Below, piece after piece: positions 60,670 to 64,000 of a DNA stretch of 64,000 nucleotides. Each line of letters starts with the position of its first letter. Positions within the stretch are counted from its first letter, which is position 1. The DNA comes from Andalucia godoyi And28 (lineage: Eukaryota > Protista > Jakobida). The notes beneath the pieces are model-generated. The model saw only the letters and a list, made by a program, of their open reading frames with translations. It had not been told where the DNA came from and ran no database searches. Made by a program: the position numbers and the translations under genes. Location of the stretch: assembly GCA_009859145.1 (NCBI GenBank), contig VRVR01000044.1:178208-242207 (forward strand). The letters run 5' to 3'.

Positions 60670-62016
60670 ATGAGCACAGACGCAGACGGCCGCGGAAATG
60701 ATGATTTCTTGAGCTATTCCTCGTCAGGAAAGGCTGTGCAGAGCATGTTGCGGAAAATGGGTTTCCGAGGCACAATTGGTCTGAATTCTGTTGCGGTCAA
60801 TCGTCCAATCGTTCTCGAACCACATGATTCTCGCACGGGAATTGGGTATACTGAGGGAGCATCGCACGCGCCACAGGCTGCCGCAGTCGATGAAGTCAAC
60901 AAGAATGCTGTTGATTGGAAACGCCGTCCAAGGCAGCATGCGTCGCAGCGTGATCGTGTCGCAAGATGTCATGAAGAAGAACGGTTGGAACTGGAAAGTC
61001 GAATTTCCATGCAGCACAGCATGTTGCGTATTCTTGAAAGTCTGGGCACTGTCCGTGACTTTCAAGGTGCGTTGCAAATTCTCCACACCGCGCGTCAAAC
61101 GCATCCTGATTTGTACCGGGAGTTTCGACTGCCTCTTGCGATTGGACTGCATTTTTGCAACGGAACGTGCTCAACTCCGCCTGAGCACCTGATGTCTCTC
61201 ATCGAGCGGTTGGAGCTGCTGCGGGAATCGTGGTTTGCGTCTGAATCCATTCCAGACGAGCGTATGATTTTCGCGTATTGTTTGCAGAATTTTGTGAAGC
61301 CACTGTTTTTTCAGGTGCTGCAGACGGACTTGGAGGCAGCGGAGCGCTCCTTTCCGGTGTCTTGGCTGGATAGACTGTCCTCCCTGGTTCCAGAGCAATG
61401 TTGGAAAGTGGACTGGTGCCGTCCATTCATTGGAGACTTCACTTGGAAAGTGCTTTCATCGCACGGGAATCACGGCAACGACGTGTGTTGGACGATCTTG
61501 CGCCTCATGGAGAGTTTCTCTCTTCATATGGTTGCCGACTCCGTGATTCACCTGGTGGATTCGAAGTTTCGACATCGAGTGCTGGATACCAGGTTGTGTT
61601 GGATCCTGTTTCTTGGAGTCCGCGGTGTTCAATCTCGAGTCGCAGAATGCGCAGTAGATTTGCAGAATGTTCTCCTCTATATGCTCTGTGTGATGCAACT
61701 TGCATGTTTTCCTTTTTTCACCGCCCCGGAGCCGGAGGATGTCGTGCAGCAGTGTGAATCAGCAACCAATGCTGAGGAAGTCGTTATGACAACGAGTCGA
61801 CCGCCGCTCCCAACAATGCCTCTTCGCGAGGTGATTGACTCCACGCTGGCCTCCAAAGGCATTGCTGTCCGATCTTCCGTGTCGTCTGACGGCCGCAAGA
61901 TCTCTGTCGTCTCGGACATTCGGTTCTTTGTTGATGGCTGGCTGATCTATGCGTCAGTGGGGGCCAACAAGGAGTTTGTCCCCATCTCAGCTGCTCATTT
62001 TTTCAGTTTAGTTTGA
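60670..62016 (+). CDS. G-patch protein, TFIP11/Spp382-like (short, divergent)
   Basis: G-patch SGKAVQSMLRKMGFRGTIGLNSVAVNRPI...TGIGY, followed by a helical GCFC-like region (LYREFRL, WLDRL). Confidence 0.65.
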   Translation: MSTDADGRGNDDFLSYSSSGKAVQSMLRKMGFRGTIGLNSVAVNRPIVLEPHDSRTGIGYTEGASHAPQAAAVDEVNKNAVDWKRRPRQHASQRDRVARCHEEERLELESRISMQHSMLRILESLGTVRDFQGALQILHTARQTHPDLYREFRLPLAIGLHFCNGTCSTPPEHLMSLIERLELLRESWFASESIPDERMIFAYCLQNFVKPLFFQVLQTDLEAAERSFPVSWLDRLSSLVPEQCWKVDWCRPFIGDFTWKVLSSHGNHGNDVCWTILRLMESFSLHMVADSVIHLVDSKFRHRVLDTRLCWILFLGVRGVQSRVAECAVDLQNVLLYMLCVMQLACFPFFTAPEPEDVVQQCESATNAEEVVMTTSRPPLPTMPLREVIDSTLASKGIAVRSSVSSDGRKISVVSDIRFFVDGWLIYASVGANKEFVPISAAHFFSLV

Positions 62017-62298
62017 CCGTTTGTGTTCATTTTTACCGTCTGATCTGCGCTGTCTGCACTTCAATGTCGTTGGTGTCGGGACTTGGGACCAGGAGACGAA
62101 AAAAAGGATCCTGACGACAATAAAGGAGGAAACCTTGGTACGAAATTGAGCATCGTCATGCATCCATATCTGCCAAAATAGCAGGTGAATAGGCTGTATT
62201 TTCAGGGGTGATTCTGTCACGCGCCCGATCATTAAATGCGTGCTCTCCTCAAGAGACCACGGGGGGTGAGACGCTGTTTGGCCCCTTTGGGAAACTCT

Positions 62299-62680
62299 TT
62301 CTCTTTTCCCGCTCGCCAAAACATGAATCATTATTGATCATCATCGGGTTAAGCTATCACCGAAGACGGGATCCAAGCCACATGTTTTTTTAAAACTTAA
62401 TTCATTGAGGCAAGCGCCCCAACTCTTCAATGCAGATTGCTCTGCATCAAAGGGTCATCGCAACCACAAGCTTCTTGGTTCTCCGCATCTTTGGGCAGCG
62501 CCGGGTTTGCGTTGGTTGGGAAGATCCCTTTTTGGAGCCAGGCGATGTTTTGTCCTTGATGAAAGGTGCTGCTTGAGGGTTCGATGATAAAAACACAAAC
62601 AGCCAGAGAATAACAGAATGAAGAAATTTCTAGACTTGACTACGGTAGGAAAAATCGTTGAGCACGAAGCTGTCAGCCGT
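62299..62680 (+). repeat. Dispersed repeat family A, copy 4 (more diverged)
   Basis: CCGCTCGCCAAAACATGAATCATTATTGATC...CAACTCTTCAATGCAGATTGCTCTGCA...TTCTAGACTTGACTACGGTAGG...AAGCTGTCAGCCG. Confidence 0.9.
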
Positions 62681-62924
62681 CTCACTTTCCCCTGTTTCCC
62701 CCCGCTTCTCCACTTTCGTTTGCCAGCATTTTCCTCGGACTTCGACGCAGAGCCTTTTTGCTTCGTCTCCTTCGTCTTCATCTTCTTTTGTCTTCATCTT
62801 CTGCGTTCCCAAATTCTTCTCTGACTCTCCACATTGTGTTGTGAATTGACTTTTCATTATTTATTGGAAATTGTATTTTCTTTCTTTATTTATTTGCGAA
62901 CTTGCGAGTGCCTCTCCCCTTGCC

Positions 62925-64000
62925 ATGTTCCAATACGCATCCCAGCACCCTTTGACTTCCGGTCTTTCTCGGAGACGGATTCAATTGTTTCGGAACGCTG
63001 TCTCGGAGCAAAAGCCGATTTCCACTGTGGTTCCAGAGACGTTTGCCCAGCTGCTGGATATTTGCACGGAGAAATTGAATCTTCGCCGACGAGCGAGGCT
63101 CTTGTTTTCATATTCGGGCAAGCCCCTTCTTACTCTGCGTGACATCAAAGATGGCATGCAGATTTTCGTTTCATGCGGCGAGGATTTTGCAGGATTGCGC
63201 TCGCCAGTCCGAGTCGCGGCGTCGTCACTGTCATCCAGAAATTCTCCTCGAGTATCCGCATTTGAGAAGGAGTTTGAGGGGACTTCAGTCTCGACACCGC
63301 ATTCCACCGCAGTCCATAATTCTGGAGAAACACAACCACCTCAGAATTCTGACAGCATTCGACACTCATCCATGGATGCCGGACAGCGCCCCCTGTCTTC
63401 GTCTTCGCCATCTTCGACTCCGCTGTCTCATCGTGGAGACCTACTATCCGCAGGGAGTGCTTCTGTGAAGGAGGGTGAGAATCCTGTAATTTACACTTCT
63501 TCGCATCATTACAACGATCTTCCGACTTCCGGTCGATCATCTTCTCTTTCTACGCGGCAAGAACTTGAACGGCTGCGCAGAGATCTGGAACTTGAAATTG
63601 ATCGCGGAAATACTTTGGAATCCAGCCTCGAAGCCCTTTTGTCGGATTTCAAGAATTTGGTGTCCAGCGAAAGACGCAAGAAGGAGTCTACCAACGCTGC
63701 TTATTTCGCTCCCATCCAAACCCACAACAATGATGTCTTCGACGATGATCCATTCGCAACTGCCTCTCCAATCCGCCAAGGCGATAGTGGGTCAAATGAC
63801 GACTCTATAAGGACAGAAGAATCAGCTGGGGCTTCTGGGCAGAACGCATCGACAGCCCATCAGACTGCGAGCGGCGCACCGGCGACAGCATCATGCAGAG
63901 GAAATTCGTCGACTGGAGCCTCCAACTGCACGACAGCAATTCATGTCGGTGATGAAAAAACCTACGCCCCTCGTCCAGCGTCTCGCGGATCGCGCAACTC
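62925..64000 (+). CDS. Doublecortin (DCX)-domain protein, 3' end beyond the window (absent from the ORF track)
   Basis: ATG at 62925 opens a frame with no stop to the window end: RRRIQLFRNA...PETFAQLLDICTEKLNLRRRARLLFSYSGKPLLTLRDIKDGMQIFVSCGEDF, then a coiled coil (QELERLRRDLELEI). Confidence 0.75.
   Translation, partial: MFQYASQHPLTSGLSRRRIQLFRNAVSEQKPISTVVPETFAQLLDICTEKLNLRRRARLLFSYSGKPLLTLRDIKDGMQIFVSCGEDFAGLRSPVRVAASSLSSRNSPRVSAFEKEFEGTSVSTPHSTAVHNSGETQPPQNSDSIRHSSMDAGQRPLSSSSPSSTPLSHRGDLLSAGSASVKEGENPVIYTSSHHYNDLPTSGRSSSLSTRQELERLRRDLELEIDRGNTLESSLEALLSDFKNLVSSERRKKESTNAAYFAPIQTHNNDVFDDDPFATASPIRQGDSGSNDDSIRTEESAGASGQNASTAHQTASGAPATASCRGNSSTGASNCTTAIHVGDEKTYAPRPASRGSRN

Noticed and set aside
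62570-62590. GGTTCGAT B-box-like motif in repeat A suggesting a tRNA-derived SINE
   Set aside because: No convincing A-box at the right spacing, the motif is internal, and it is variable (GGTTCAAT) in another copy.
1-64000. CRISPR array or rRNA genes
   Set aside because: No regularly spaced repeat-spacer array. The only rRNA-matching strings are the short snoRNA guide sequences.

Overview
A compact, intron-poor eukaryotic (protist-like) genomic window with about 27 protein-coding genes separated by short AT-rich, microsatellite-rich spacers. Assignment to Discoba/jakobids is only a tentative inference from gene density, ciliary genes and GTATGT introns. Genes include a hybrid histidine kinase with a degenerate H-box, MLH1, RRP6, YjjX-like NTPase, cystathionine gamma-lyase, TMEM216, MPP10, PRP6, a G-patch TFIP11-like protein, a CorA transporter and an LRR-7TM receptor, plus one tRNA-Leu(AAG). 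Three things are not visible in the ORF track. (1) A family of four decayed or non-autonomous Fanzor2 (eukaryotic TnpB, OMEGA) elements at 1-346, 26354-26865 (-), 29051-29308 and 37850-38297. Three of them share a conserved right end (putative omegaRNA scaffold) ending AGTGTACA(A/G)TGTAGG, each followed by different flanking DNA. (2) A double-guide C/D box snoRNA inside the MPP10 intron, with guides matching two adjacent SSU rRNA sites. (3) A second, unexplained 290-630 bp dispersed repeat in four copies, two of them nearly identical. All calls are by eye, without database searches.
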